Source: an uncultured delta proteobacterium
GTDB lineage: Bacteria > Desulfobacterota > Binatia > Binatales > Binataceae
Reading direction: 5' to 3'
Length of the DNA stretch: 64,000 nt
Assembly (NCBI GenBank): GCA_963765675.1
Contig: CAVXXK010000001.1
Location: 1,888,001-1,952,000 of the forward strand
The notes below the pieces were generated by a model. The model searched no databases and was not told the DNA's origin. It worked only from the letters and a program-made list of their open reading frames with translations. Positions 1 to 9,952 of this stretch are shown here, in pieces; within the stretch, counting starts at the first letter, position 1; the number at the start of each line of letters is the position of its first letter. Made by a program: the position numbers and the translations under genes.

Positions 1-103
1 CGAGCGGGACGTTCAGCATCCCCGCGACCAGCGCGAATACGATTTGCGGATAGAGCAGGCTTTTGGAGGCGGTCCGCGTGCGCGCGATTGTCTTCATCGC
101 CAT
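1..103 (-). CDS. Possible 5' end of a gene running off the window (perhaps the LytS-type sensor partner of the LytTR regulator)
   Basis: ATG at 103 directly after the LytTR stop. A hydrophobic stretch (LLYPQIVFALVAG) is readable only in an adjacent frame. Too short to identify. Confidence 0.25.
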   Translation of the reverse strand, partial: MAMKTIARTRTASKSLLYPQIVFALVAGMLNVPL

Positions 104-105
104 CG

Positions 106-915
106 CTAGTAATTGAGCATCTCGCCGAGCAGCCGGGCCTGGCGCCGGCTGACTTCGATCTGTTCGTGCGGCTCCAGGCTGGCGAAGCGAACGACGTAGC
201 GCCCGCCGAACCACGGATGAATTTCGCTGGCGAGGTCGAGGTTGATGAGCGTCGAGCGGTTGGCGCGAAAAAATCGCTTCGGCTCGAGGATCGCCTCGAG
301 CTCGCGCAGCGAGCGGCGCACCGACAGCCGTCGTCCGCGCACCCGTGCATAGACCGCGTCGCCTTCCGCCACGAAGTAGAAAATCTCGGCCGGTTTGGCG
401 AGCACGATATGTTCCTTGTCGTGCAGCGCGATCCGATTCGCCCCCGGCTCCGCGCCGCCGCTTATCCGGCGCAGCAGCTCGCTCATCTGCAGCGGAGGCT
501 CGGCGGCGTGAATCCGCGCGCGCACCCGCTCGAGCGCGGTGTCCACGCGAGCCTGTTCATAGGGTTTCAGCAGGAAGTCTATAGCTTCCACCTCGAAGGC
601 CTGGATCGCGTACGAATCGTATGCGGTCGAAAAGATCACGTGCGGGCGGTCGCGCAGTCGCCGCAGAACTTCCAGTCCCGAAATATCCGGCAGCTTGATG
701 TCGAGCATTACTAGATTAGGGCTGGTGCGCTCGATAAGCGCGATCGCCTCGGCGCCGGTTGCGGCCTCGCCGGCGATCTCGACGTCGGGATGCGCGCGCA
801 GAAATCTCGCCAGGCGCGAGCGCGCGGGCGCTTCGTCCTCGACGATTACGCTTCGGATCGGCCGCTGGGCGCCGGATTGCTGGTTCTCGTGCATCGCGCG
901 TATCAGCACCGACAA
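106..915 (-). CDS. LytTR-family DNA-binding response regulator
   Basis: Receiver domain (IVEDE, LDIKLP, FSTAY, FLLKP) plus LytTR C-terminus (FFRANRSTLINL, VSRR). Start uncertain. Confidence 0.93.
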   Translation of the reverse strand: MSVLIRAMHENQQSGAQRPIRSVIVEDEAPARSRLARFLRAHPDVEIAGEAATGAEAIALIERTSPNLVMLDIKLPDISGLEVLRRLRDRPHVIFSTAYDSYAIQAFEVEAIDFLLKPYEQARVDTALERVRARIHAAEPPLQMSELLRRISGGAEPGANRIALHDKEHIVLAKPAEIFYFVAEGDAVYARVRGRRLSVRRSLRELEAILEPKRFFRANRSTLINLDLASEIHPWFGGRYVVRFASLEPHEQIEVSRRQARLLGEMLNY

Positions 916-1008
916 TTATCAGCCGAAAGTCCAATAAGTCCACGCCGGTTGGCTCAGCGGCCCGATGCGCGGAGCGGACGGCGTCGTCGCGGCGGCGAAC
1001 GGCGGCGG

Positions 1009-2067
1009 CTACTTAAGGAATCGGTACACCAGCTTCTGGAAGTGCTGGATGCCCCGTTCGCGCGAGAGCATCAGGCTGCCGTGCCCGACGACGCCCGAGC
1101 GCATCCCGCGCTGCACCGATTCGCACAGCACGATATCCTCGCCCGTAACCAGGTCGCTCAGCTCTGTGTACGCCGATATCTCGGCGTCGGTCGTGCCCTC
1201 GGCGAAAAAATAATCCACCGTCTCGTGCGTATGTCCGGCGTCGATTGGATGCGCGCAAATCACTTGCAGCGCCATCGGACCCGTCGACGCCGCGAGCATC
1301 GCGTTCGGCCACAGAGTCGCGTAGGTAACGCCGGCGCCGCGCGGTTTGAAGTAGGGTCCGTAGTAGGTCGAGAAAAACTCGTGTTCGGTGTCGCTCTGGT
1401 ATTTGTCGGTATCGATAAATTCCGAGAACTTCGGATGCGCAACCGGGCAGTGGTAGCACTCGTTGAAATTCTCGATCACGATCTTCCAGTTCGCCGCGAA
1501 CTCATAATGGTCGCGCCGCACCATCCGCAATCGATCCATATCGATCTCGGCGTTCGCGATGATCTCGGGCAGTTTTCCGCTCACGTCGCCGAACTTTCCC
1601 GCCTTGCGATCCGGATTGACGAAAATCAGCGGCCCCCAGGTCTCGAGGCCGAGCGGAATCAGCCCGAGCGATTCCTTCGCGAATGCTTCCTGCTCGTTGG
1701 CGCGAGGCGCATTGCGCAAAGATCCGTCGAGGTTGTAAGTCCATCCGTGATAGTGGCACTGCAGCGTGCGCCGGTTGCCGGAGCATTCGAGAACCACTTC
1801 GCTGCCGCGATGACGGCATACATTGGCGAACGCGTAGAGCTTCGTGTCGGTGTCGCGCGCAATCACGATCGGGACGTCGCCGATTTGCGTGGTAAAAAAA
1901 TCTCCCGGCGTGGCGACCTGTCCGGTATATCCGGCGTACTGCCACGAGCGGTTGAAGATCCGCTCGCGCTCGGCCGCGTAGATCGCCGGATCCGCGTACC
2001 AATGCGCGGGCAGCGTATTGCCGCGTTCGAGTCCGTCACCAATCGAGGGATTGATATCTAGCGGCAT
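1009..2067 (-). CDS. Rieske non-heme iron oxygenase alpha subunit (choline monooxygenase/CntA-like)
   Basis: Rieske CRHRG...CHYHGW and mononuclear-iron ENFNECYHCPVAH motifs. GGAGG precedes the ATG at 2067. Confidence 0.92.
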   Translation of the reverse strand: MPLDINPSIGDGLERGNTLPAHWYADPAIYAAERERIFNRSWQYAGYTGQVATPGDFFTTQIGDVPIVIARDTDTKLYAFANVCRHRGSEVVLECSGNRRTLQCHYHGWTYNLDGSLRNAPRANEQEAFAKESLGLIPLGLETWGPLIFVNPDRKAGKFGDVSGKLPEIIANAEIDMDRLRMVRRDHYEFAANWKIVIENFNECYHCPVAHPKFSEFIDTDKYQSDTEHEFFSTYYGPYFKPRGAGVTYATLWPNAMLAASTGPMALQVICAHPIDAGHTHETVDYFFAEGTTDAEISAYTELSDLVTGEDIVLCESVQRGMRSGVVGHGSLMLSRERGIQHFQKLVYRFLK

Positions 2068-2305
2068 ATTTCCTCCGTTCTCATACAATTCAAAATCATC
2101 ATACTCATCGAACTAGTTCGCAATATAACGCGAGCCCGGCTTCAGGTAATCGCGCCCCGGTGCCTGGAAACAGCGCCGACTGCCGCCGGTTTCCAGCCGA
2201 TCGCCGTTCTTGCCGGACCGATCGGCGAATATTCGTTGTCAGGGTTGTTTGCTCGGACGATCCTGTCACGTGGGAGCGGTTGATCGGCAATCCACGGAGG
2301 CACTG

Positions 2306-3676
2306 ATGCGAGCGAATCGAGCGGAGCGGATTACTAAACGATTGGGGATAGCCGCGATACTGGGGTTGGCGATTGCGCTCTCAAGTCCGGCGTATGCGCA
2401 GGTGAAGCCGGGTGACGTGATCACGAAGGCTAACGCCGCCCTGGTGCAGAATCTCGTGAGCCCGGGCAATTACACGTTGGTGCAGCGCGGGATGGTGATG
2501 GATATTGTGCCGAGCGAGAAGCTCGAATGGCCTCCGCCGTACACTTCGGCGACCGAGAAGTATCATGCGCAGGTTGCGCTCGCGCCCGACGGCACGCTGC
2601 ACAACTACGTCGCCGGATTGCCGTTTCCCCTGCTCGACGCCAACGACCCCGAGATGGCGACCAAGCTGATGTGGAACTTCAGCTACCGCCCTCTTTATAG
2701 CGACGACGCCGACCTGCGCTTTCCCGAGATCGCCAGCTATGCCGCAACCGGCGGCGATCCGCTGAGCTACTTCACCGTCGGACATTTCGCCTTCTACAAC
2801 AATATCGGCCGGATCGAGGTTCCTCCGGTCCCGACCGATCCTGACGCCGCCGAAAGCGGCGTGCGCTATCGCTTCGGCTTCTATCCGTTCCTCGAACCGT
2901 CGGAGCTGCGCGGCTTCGGGATGGTCCGGTATCGGCATATCGACCCCAAGGTCGAAGACAACACCTGGGTGTTCAATCCGGAGAATCGACGGCTGCGGCG
3001 CGAATCAGTCGACGTGCTGACCGACGCGATCGGGATGCTGCCCGGATTCTCGGCCAGCGGCGGCGGAGGCGGCGGCGGTGGTTATGGCGGCGGCGGTGTG
3101 GCCGCGAGCGCGGGCGGGTCGCTGGCTTCTTCGATCGATCCCGATTCCTACTTTGGCTTCGCCGCCAAGATCGAGGACTACACCTACAAATTCCTGGGCG
3201 ACAAGAACATGCTCGCGGTGGTCAACGCCAAGACCTCGCCCGAGACCGGATGCCCCTCCGACGGCAACCACACCGTATGTCCCGAGAACTGGGAGATGCG
3301 CCATCTGTACGTGGTCCAAGCCGACGCCAAGCCGGGCAACAACTTCTCGATCTCGAAGCGGATTCTCTATGTCGATTCCGAGGGCTGGTTCATCACCGCG
3401 TCGGACCAGTACGATCGCCAGGGCAAGTTGTGGAAGACGCTGGCGACCTTCAACACCTATCGCGACCGCCCGATTCCTGACGCCCGGATCGCGATCTATC
3501 CATACAAGCGGATGTTCCAGCTTGCGCTGGTCGACTACGACCTGACCAACTCCAACAGCTCGATAGTGTTCATGCCCGGTCCGACCGCGCCCGATCGCGA
3601 GTGCTGGTATATCGACATGGGCGTCGTCAACAACTCCTTCTTCACTCCAGAGGCGCTCAAAAACGCCGGCCACTGA
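2306..3676 (+). CDS. DUF1329-family secreted/periplasmic protein
   Basis: Signal peptide, GLPFP..D..DP, RRLRR and YDRQGKLWK motifs. GGAGG RBS before ATG 2306. Confidence 0.8.
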   Translation: MRANRAERITKRLGIAAILGLAIALSSPAYAQVKPGDVITKANAALVQNLVSPGNYTLVQRGMVMDIVPSEKLEWPPPYTSATEKYHAQVALAPDGTLHNYVAGLPFPLLDANDPEMATKLMWNFSYRPLYSDDADLRFPEIASYAATGGDPLSYFTVGHFAFYNNIGRIEVPPVPTDPDAAESGVRYRFGFYPFLEPSELRGFGMVRYRHIDPKVEDNTWVFNPENRRLRRESVDVLTDAIGMLPGFSASGGGGGGGGYGGGGVAASAGGSLASSIDPDSYFGFAAKIEDYTYKFLGDKNMLAVVNAKTSPETGCPSDGNHTVCPENWEMRHLYVVQADAKPGNNFSISKRILYVDSEGWFITASDQYDRQGKLWKTLATFNTYRDRPIPDARIAIYPYKRMFQLALVDYDLTNSNSSIVFMPGPTAPDRECWYIDMGVVNNSFFTPEALKNAGH

Positions 3677-3819
3677 GACCATGCCGACCCGGAAGGCGCC
3701 GCGTTGCTAGTGACCCCCGCGCTACTCCCCGAAACGCGGCGCCTTCATCTTTTTCTCCCGGCACGAGCCGCAAATGCCGATAAACGGACCCGCTTGTGGA
3801 AGCCTGCGGCGCAAGCGGA

Positions 3820-3848
3820 TTGACAGGAAAAATCCCTGCCAATAACAT
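3820..3848 (+). promoter_or_regulatory. Sigma70-type promoter for tRNA-Gln/prs/rplY
   Basis: TTGACA-N17-TAACAT about 95 bp upstream of the tRNA. Confidence 0.7.
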
Positions 3849-3942
3849 CGCGATCCCGGTGCGTGATCGATCTCCCGCAGACTGTTGGGGTGGCGGAATA
3901 CGCGCACTAAAATATTCTGGGAGCCTTCGATAACGATTTCGT

Positions 3943-4018
3943 TGGGCGGTCGCCAAGCTGGTAAGGCACCAGGCTTTGGACCTGGCATTCGAAGGTTCGA
4001 ATCCTTCCCGCCCAGCCA
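3943..4018 (+). tRNA. tRNA-Gln(TTG)
   Basis: Cloverleaf with anticodon arm CCAGG-CT-TTG-GA-CCTGG, T-loop GGTTCGAATCC and encoded CCA. Typical position upstream of prs. Confidence 0.97.
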
Positions 4019-4084
4019 TTTGGCGCCGGGCGCGGCGGACGGTTTTGCGGGATTTGACGGACGCGATTTCGAGCGGGAGTGACG

Positions 4085-5044
4085 ATGTCGGAAAGGGCCA
4101 AGGACGAGCTGGAGATATTCACGGGTAACGCGAATCCCGCGCTCGCGCGCGAGGTCGCGGAGCATCTCCAGGTGAAGCTCAGCCAGGTCGATGTCGGCCG
4201 CTTTCCCGATGGCGAAGTGATGGTCGAGGTGCGCGAGAACGTGCGCGGCGGCGACGTCTTCGTCATCCAGTCGATCTGCACCCCTCCCAACGAAAATTTG
4301 ATGGAGCTGCTGCTGATGATGGACGCGCTGCGCCGCGCCTCGGCCAAGCGCGTCACCGCGGTGATTCCGTATTTCGGTTACTCGCGGCAGGATCGCAAGG
4401 TCGCGCCGCGCGTGCCGATCAGCGCCAAGCTGGTCGCCGATCTGATCACAACTTCCGGCGCGAGCCGCGTGCTCACCGTCGATCTGCACGCCGGGCAGAT
4501 CCAGGGTTTCTTTAATATCCCGGTGGACAATCTGTACGCGATGCCGGTGCTGATCAGTTACCTGCGCAAGCGCCTTGACGGACAGAATATCTCGGTAGTC
4601 TCGCCCGACGCCGGCGGAGTGGAACGCGCGCGCGCATTCGCCCGCCGCCTCAACGCCAACCTCGCGATAATCGACAAGCGCCGCCAGCGCGCCAGCGAGA
4701 TTGCCGGGATGCGCCTGGTCGGCGAGGTGAAGGACACGGTCGCGGTGCTGGTCGACGACATGATCGATACCGCCGGGACGATCACCGAGGCGGCGAAAGT
4801 GGTCTCGGCCGCGGGTGCGAGCGAAGTCTTCGCCGTGGCGACTCATCCGATTCTGTCGGACCCGGCATGCGATCGGCTCAGCAAATCGATCATCAAGGAA
4901 ATAATCACGACCAACACGATCCCGCTGCGCGCCAAGGCGCAGGCGGAATTGCAAAAGCTCAAAATGCTGTCGGTTGCGCCGCTGATCGCGGAAGCCGTGC
5001 GGCGAATTCATAATGAGGAGTCGGTGAGCTCGCTGTTCAGTTGA
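4085..5044 (+). CDS. prs: Ribose-phosphate pyrophosphokinase
   Basis: FPDGE, PYFGYSRQDRK, DLHAGQIQGFF, VSPDAGG and DDMIDTAGT motifs. Confidence 0.98.
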   Translation: MSERAKDELEIFTGNANPALAREVAEHLQVKLSQVDVGRFPDGEVMVEVRENVRGGDVFVIQSICTPPNENLMELLLMMDALRRASAKRVTAVIPYFGYSRQDRKVAPRVPISAKLVADLITTSGASRVLTVDLHAGQIQGFFNIPVDNLYAMPVLISYLRKRLDGQNISVVSPDAGGVERARAFARRLNANLAIIDKRRQRASEIAGMRLVGEVKDTVAVLVDDMIDTAGTITEAAKVVSAAGASEVFAVATHPILSDPACDRLSKSIIKEIITTNTIPLRAKAQAELQKLKMLSVAPLIAEAVRRIHNEESVSSLFS

Positions 5045-5072
5045 ACCGCGGCCGCCTATCATAAGGACCACG

Positions 5073-5810
5073 ATGGAAACCGGTGAAATGAATTGTGAAG
5101 CGCGGCCTGTGCGCCCCAAGGGCGTCAAGCACGCGATCCGTCATCAGGGACGCGTGCCCGCGGTGCTGTACGGACCGGGCTCGAAGCCTACCTCGCTGTC
5201 GATCGCCTCGAGCGAATTAAAGGCGCGCATCGCGGCGTCGGCACACACCCGTATCGTGCGGCTCAAGTCGGCGTCCGCCGAGCTCGACGGCCGCCACGTG
5301 ATCTTCAAGGACCTGCAGCGCGCGCCGGTGTCCGGCGAAATCCTCCACGCCGATCTCTACGAAGTCGATCTCAAGCGCGCGATCCGCGTCCAGGTCGCGC
5401 TCAAGTTCACAGGCAAGGCCGCGGGCGTAGCCGAGGGCGGAATTCTTCAGCCGCTGGTCCGCACCGTCGAGGTCGAATGCCTGCCGCTCGAAATTCCCGA
5501 ATCGATCGAGGTTGACGTCACCGCGCTGGGAATCCATGACGTGATCCACGTCTCGGCGATCAAGTTTCCGGACAACGCCAAGCCGCACTACGACCAGGAT
5601 TACGCGGTCGTCTCGGTTCTGCCGCCGACCGTCGCCGAAGTTGCGGTTCCCGTCGCTGCGGCAGTGGAAGGCGCACCGGTCGAAGGTGCTGCGGCCGAAG
5701 GCGCCGCCGCTGCGGCTCCTGGAGCCGAAGGCGCGGCCAAGGAAGGCGCTGCCGCTGCCGCGCCCGCGGCCCCCGGCGGAAAGAAGGGAGAGGCGGCGGC
5801 CAAGAAGTAG
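5073..5810 (+). CDS. rplY: 50S ribosomal protein L25/general stress protein Ctc
   Basis: VPAVLYG, ILHADLY and GGIL motifs with an Ala-rich tail. Follows prs. Confidence 0.95.
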   Translation: METGEMNCEARPVRPKGVKHAIRHQGRVPAVLYGPGSKPTSLSIASSELKARIAASAHTRIVRLKSASAELDGRHVIFKDLQRAPVSGEILHADLYEVDLKRAIRVQVALKFTGKAAGVAEGGILQPLVRTVEVECLPLEIPESIEVDVTALGIHDVIHVSAIKFPDNAKPHYDQDYAVVSVLPPTVAEVAVPVAAAVEGAPVEGAAAEGAAAAAPGAEGAAKEGAAAAAPAAPGGKKGEAAAKK

Positions 5811-5923
5811 TTCCGCGCGATCGAATTTCGCGCGGCCGGTGCAGTTGCGACACGCAATTGCATCAGGAATGTGTTCGGCGGTGCGCTCGACGCGCGCCAC
5901 CGGTCGGGGGCGGAGGTGCCGCG

Positions 5924-8900
5924 GTGAGTTTTGCCCATCTGCACGTTCATACGCAGTACAGCCTGCTCGACGGTGCGAACAAGCTCGGTCCGCTGATCGA
6001 GCATGCCAAAGCCTCCGCGATGGAGGCGCTGGCGATCACCGACCATGGCAACATGTTCGGCGCGGTCGAGTTCTACCAGAAGTCCGTCGCCGCCGGGATC
6101 AAGCCGATCATCGGATGCGAGGCGTACCTCGCCGGTGGCAAGCGCACCGATCGTACCCAACCTCCGCGCAGCGACGACTTTGACGGCGGCGGCAATTATC
6201 ACCTGATCCTGCTGGTCCAGAACCGCGAGGGTTATCGCAACCTGTGCAAGCTGCTCACGGCGGCCTATCAGGAAGGGCTCTACTACAAGCCGCGCATCGA
6301 CAAGGAAATTCTCGAGCAGTACAACGCCGGGCTGATCGTGCTCTCGGGATGCCTGTCGGGCGAGATCGCGCGGGCGCTGCGCGCGGGCAAGATGGACAAG
6401 GCGCGCGAGTGCGCGCAATGGTACGCGCGCGTCTTCAAGGATCGCTACTACCTCGAGCTGCAGGACAACAAACTGCATTCGCCCTTCAACGACGCGCTGC
6501 GCGAGATCGGCAAGACCGTAGGACTGCCGCTGGTCGCGACCAACGACTGCCACTATCTGCACCGCGACGACGCCAAGGCCCACGAAGTCCTGCTCTGCGT
6601 CCAGACCGGCAAGACCATGGCCGACGAATCGCGCTGGCGCTTCGACACCGACGAGCTCTACGTCAAGACTCCGCAGGAGATGGCGAAAGCGTTTGGCGCC
6701 GAGTCCGAGGAATTCCGCAACACGATGGAGATCGCGCGGCGGGTCGATTTCGAATTCGAATTCGGCAAGTTCCGCTTCCCGGTCTATACGCCGGACGACG
6801 GCAAGAAGATCGACTTCGGCGACGAGATGGAGCGGCGCGCGCGCGAGGGCCTCGAGCTGCGGCTTGCGGAAATTCGCGCGCGGCGCGGCGGCGAGCTCGA
6901 CGCGGCGCCGTATTACCAGCGCCTCGATCAGGAGCTGCCGGTGATCCGCGATATGGGCTTCGCGGGCTATCTGCTGATCGTGCAGGATTTCATCAGCTAC
7001 GCCCGCGGGCAGGGAATCCCGACCGGTCCGGGCCGCGGCTCGGTGGTCGGCTCGCTGGTCTCGTACTCGCTCGGCATCACCGAGGTCGATCCGGTCGAGC
7101 ATCGGCTGCTGTTCGAGCGCTGGCTGAATCCCGGGCGCAAGTCGATGCCCGATATCGATTCCGATTTCTGCTTCGAGCGTCGCGATGAAGTTGTCGACTA
7201 CGTGCGCACCAAATACGGCGCCGACCGCGTCGCAAACATCATTACGTTCGGAACTATCAAGGGTAAGCAGGCGATCCGCGACGTTGGGCGCGTGCTCGGC
7301 CTGTCGTTCGCCGACACCGACAAGATCGTCAAGCTTTATCCTGCTCCCAAGCAGGGCCGCGATTTTCCGCTCAAAGAGGCGCTCGAGATGGAGCCGCGGC
7401 TCAAGGACGAGCGCAAGGCTCATCCCGAGCTGTTCGACTACGCGTTCAAGCTCGAGGGACTGCTGCGCCACACCTCGAAGCACGCAGCCGGCGTGGTGAT
7501 AGCCGACGTCGCGCTGCCCGAGGTGGTGCCGCTCTATGCCGACAAGGAAACCTCCGAAGGCGGAATCGCGATTACGCAATACTCGATGAAGAGCGTCGAC
7601 GAGGTCGGCCTGATCAAGTTCGATTTCCTCGCACTCAAGACGCTCACCCAGATCAAGAACACGCTCGATCTGATTCGCGCTGTCGGCAAGGAGCCGCCCG
7701 ACTTAAATACCCTCGCCCTCGACGATCCCGACACTTACCGGCTGCTCGCGCGCGGTGACACGGTCGGCGTGTTCCAGATGGAAAGCTCCGGGATGCGCCG
7801 GTTCCTGTCCGACTTGAAGCCGACCTGTTTCGAGGACGTGATCTCCGCCGTGTCGCTGTTTCGGCCCGGTCCGCTCGACGCGATCGAAGACGGCAAGACG
7901 ATGGTGCAGCACTTCGTCGATCGCAAGCACGGCCGCGAGAAGGTCGAATACGACCATCCGCTGCTCGAGCCGGTGCTGAAAGACACCTACGGCGTCATCG
8001 TTTATCAGGAGCACGTGATGCGCGCGGCGCAGGCGATCGCCGGATACACGCTCCAGCAAGCCGATATCCTGCGCGCCGCGATGGGCAAGAAGAACAAGGC
8101 GGCGATGGAGAAAGAACGCGAGGGCTTTATCGCGGGCGCGCTCAAGAGCGGACTCCCGCGCGATCTGGCGACCGCGATTTTTTCCAAGATCGAGACTTTC
8201 GCCGCGTACGGATTCCCGCGCGCCCACGGCGCCGCCTACGCGCTTACCAGCTATCGCACCGCGTACCTGCGCGCGCACTATCCGCACGAATTTATGGCGG
8301 CGCTGATGTCGCTGGATATGGACGACGTCGTCAAGACCTACAAAAATATCGCGTCGCTGCGCGAGATGCGGATCAAAATTCTGCCGCCCGACATCAACCA
8401 GAGCCAGGTCAAGTTCGCGGTGGTCGACGGCGACATCCGCTTCGGCCTGGCCGCGATTCGCGGCGTCGGCGCGAAGGCGGCGGAAGCGATTATCGCCGAG
8501 CGCGAGAGCAATGGGCCATTCGAGGGTCCGCTCGATTTCTGCACCCGCGTCGGCGCGCAGACGATCAACCGCCGTGTGCTCGACGCGTTGATAAAATGCG
8601 GCGCTTTCGATTTCTCCGGCGCCGCGCGCGCCGCGCTGGCCGCCACCGCCGAAGACGCGATCAAGCTCGCGCAGAAAGCGCACAGCGACGCCGAGCGCAA
8701 TCAGATGGGCCTGTTCGGCGGCGCGGGCGCCAAGCCGCCCACGCTCGCTCCGCGCGAAGCGGTGACGGAATGGGAGCCCAAGGAAAAGCTGAAATACGAA
8801 AAGGAAGCGCTCGGCTTCTACATCACCGCGCATCCGCTGGACAAGTACGCGCGCGAGCTCGCCGCGGTCAGTAAGATAACCACCGCCGATCTGCCCAATG

Positions 8901-9409
8901 TGCCAGACGGCAGCCGCATCAATATCGCGGGCGTGGTCCAATCGCTCAAGCTCAAGAACAACAAGTCGGGAAAACGCTACGCGACGTTCTCGCTCGAGGA
9001 TCGCGCCGGAATCCTCGAGGCGATCGCGTGGCCCGAGACCTACACCAAGTACGAGGCGCTAATCTCGGGCGACGATCCGGTGCTGGTCCGCGGCAAGCTC
9101 GACGTTGACGACGATCGCGCCCAGATAATTATCGACGAGATTCGTCCGCTCTCCGCCGCGCTGGTCGATTCCGTGCGCGAGGTCCGAATCCGCGCGCCCA
9201 AGACCCGCCTCGACAACGGCGGCCTCGACGCGCTGAAGGCGACTCTCTCGCGCCATCGGGGAAACTCGGTAACCTATCTGCACCTGGGCCTCGAAGACGG
9301 CCGCGAAGCCGTCCTCGTACTCGGCGACGGTTTCCGAGTCTCCCCAACCGACGCCTTCGTAACCGACCTGGAACAATTACTGACACCAGGTGCCGTGCAG
9401 TTGAGATAG
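5924..9409 (+). CDS. dnaE: DNA polymerase III alpha subunit
   Basis: PHP HLHVHTQYSLLDG, GPGRGS, MPDIDSDF and KFDFL motifs with OB C-terminus. GTG start after GGAGG. Confidence 0.98.
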   Translation: MSFAHLHVHTQYSLLDGANKLGPLIEHAKASAMEALAITDHGNMFGAVEFYQKSVAAGIKPIIGCEAYLAGGKRTDRTQPPRSDDFDGGGNYHLILLVQNREGYRNLCKLLTAAYQEGLYYKPRIDKEILEQYNAGLIVLSGCLSGEIARALRAGKMDKARECAQWYARVFKDRYYLELQDNKLHSPFNDALREIGKTVGLPLVATNDCHYLHRDDAKAHEVLLCVQTGKTMADESRWRFDTDELYVKTPQEMAKAFGAESEEFRNTMEIARRVDFEFEFGKFRFPVYTPDDGKKIDFGDEMERRAREGLELRLAEIRARRGGELDAAPYYQRLDQELPVIRDMGFAGYLLIVQDFISYARGQGIPTGPGRGSVVGSLVSYSLGITEVDPVEHRLLFERWLNPGRKSMPDIDSDFCFERRDEVVDYVRTKYGADRVANIITFGTIKGKQAIRDVGRVLGLSFADTDKIVKLYPAPKQGRDFPLKEALEMEPRLKDERKAHPELFDYAFKLEGLLRHTSKHAAGVVIADVALPEVVPLYADKETSEGGIAITQYSMKSVDEVGLIKFDFLALKTLTQIKNTLDLIRAVGKEPPDLNTLALDDPDTYRLLARGDTVGVFQMESSGMRRFLSDLKPTCFEDVISAVSLFRPGPLDAIEDGKTMVQHFVDRKHGREKVEYDHPLLEPVLKDTYGVIVYQEHVMRAAQAIAGYTLQQADILRAAMGKKNKAAMEKEREGFIAGALKSGLPRDLATAIFSKIETFAAYGFPRAHGAAYALTSYRTAYLRAHYPHEFMAALMSLDMDDVVKTYKNIASLREMRIKILPPDINQSQVKFAVVDGDIRFGLAAIRGVGAKAAEAIIAERESNGPFEGPLDFCTRVGAQTINRRVLDALIKCGAFDFSGAARAALAATAEDAIKLAQKAHSDAERNQMGLFGGAGAKPPTLAPREAVTEWEPKEKLKYEKEALGFYITAHPLDKYARELAAVSKITTADLPNVPDGSRINIAGVVQSLKLKNNKSGKRYATFSLEDRAGILEAIAWPETYTKYEALISGDDPVLVRGKLDVDDDRAQIIIDEIRPLSAALVDSVREVRIRAPKTRLDNGGLDALKATLSRHRGNSVTYLHLGLEDGREAVLVLGDGFRVSPTDAFVTDLEQLLTPGAVQLR

Positions 9410-9488
9410 ATAGGCGCTGATCTACGACTCCCTGATGTGATGCCCATGCAGGAAGGTTACAAGACGCCTTATCCGACTCTGCCCGGTA

Positions 9489-9497
9489 TGCTATAAT
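9489..9497 (+). promoter_or_regulatory. Extended -10 promoter element
   Basis: TGCTATAAT is a perfect TGnTATAAT match in the dnaE-hflX intergenic region. Confidence 0.45.
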
Positions 9498-9572
9498 CAC
9501 TCTGGTGAAGCGCTCCGTGGAACTAGAGCGCCGAGCGCGCCGCGTCCCAGTCGTGAGGTTGCGTTCTCTATT

Positions 9573-9616
9573 CCCTCTCCGACGGGAGAGGGTGCCGCGA
9601 AGCGGCGGGTGAGGGT
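9573..9616. repeat. CCCTCTCC/GGAGAGGG-type palindromic repeat (family B)
   Basis: CCCTCTCCgacgGGAGAGGG followed by hairpin GCCGCgaaGCGGC and GGGTGAGGGT. Related copy at 54939-55015. Confidence 0.75.
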
Positions 9617-9678
9617 GCTGCTCTGCTTCCTCTCTCTGCCGACGACCCGAATGACGGATCCTCGTGCGTCAGCAGGAA

Positions 9679-9701
9679 CCTGCCCGAGTCCGCCGAAGGG
9701 C
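9679..9701. repeat. CCCTGAGCCTGCCGAAGGG-type short palindrome
   Basis: cctgcccgagtccgccgaagggc matches the reverse complement of 60751-60774 with one gap and two mismatches. Confidence 0.5.
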
Positions 9702-9952
9702 GCGACAATAATTTTTCTCTGTCGCGCAGCAGAACGCGTAAATGCCCTCCGGAGCTGCTAAGCGAAGACTTGGAGAACCTCAAACGAACTATCTCTGTTG
9801 GACGGAAAGTCTTTGATTTCACTGGATAAAATGATTTGGTCGATCGCAAAATCGCCTGAACGAACCCACCGATGAAACAGCGTATTAAAGTGGACGCCTC
9901 ATTTTGATAGACTCGGAGCGACGCCGCACTTTGGCGGCGGCGGCTGACGCAG

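Noticed and set aside
3943-4018. tRNA-Gln as an island integration site
   Set aside because: prs follows directly, and no duplicated tRNA 3' end or integrase was found in the window
5924-9409. Intein in dnaE
   Set aside because: Normal length (about 1160 aa) with contiguous motifs and no intein signature seen
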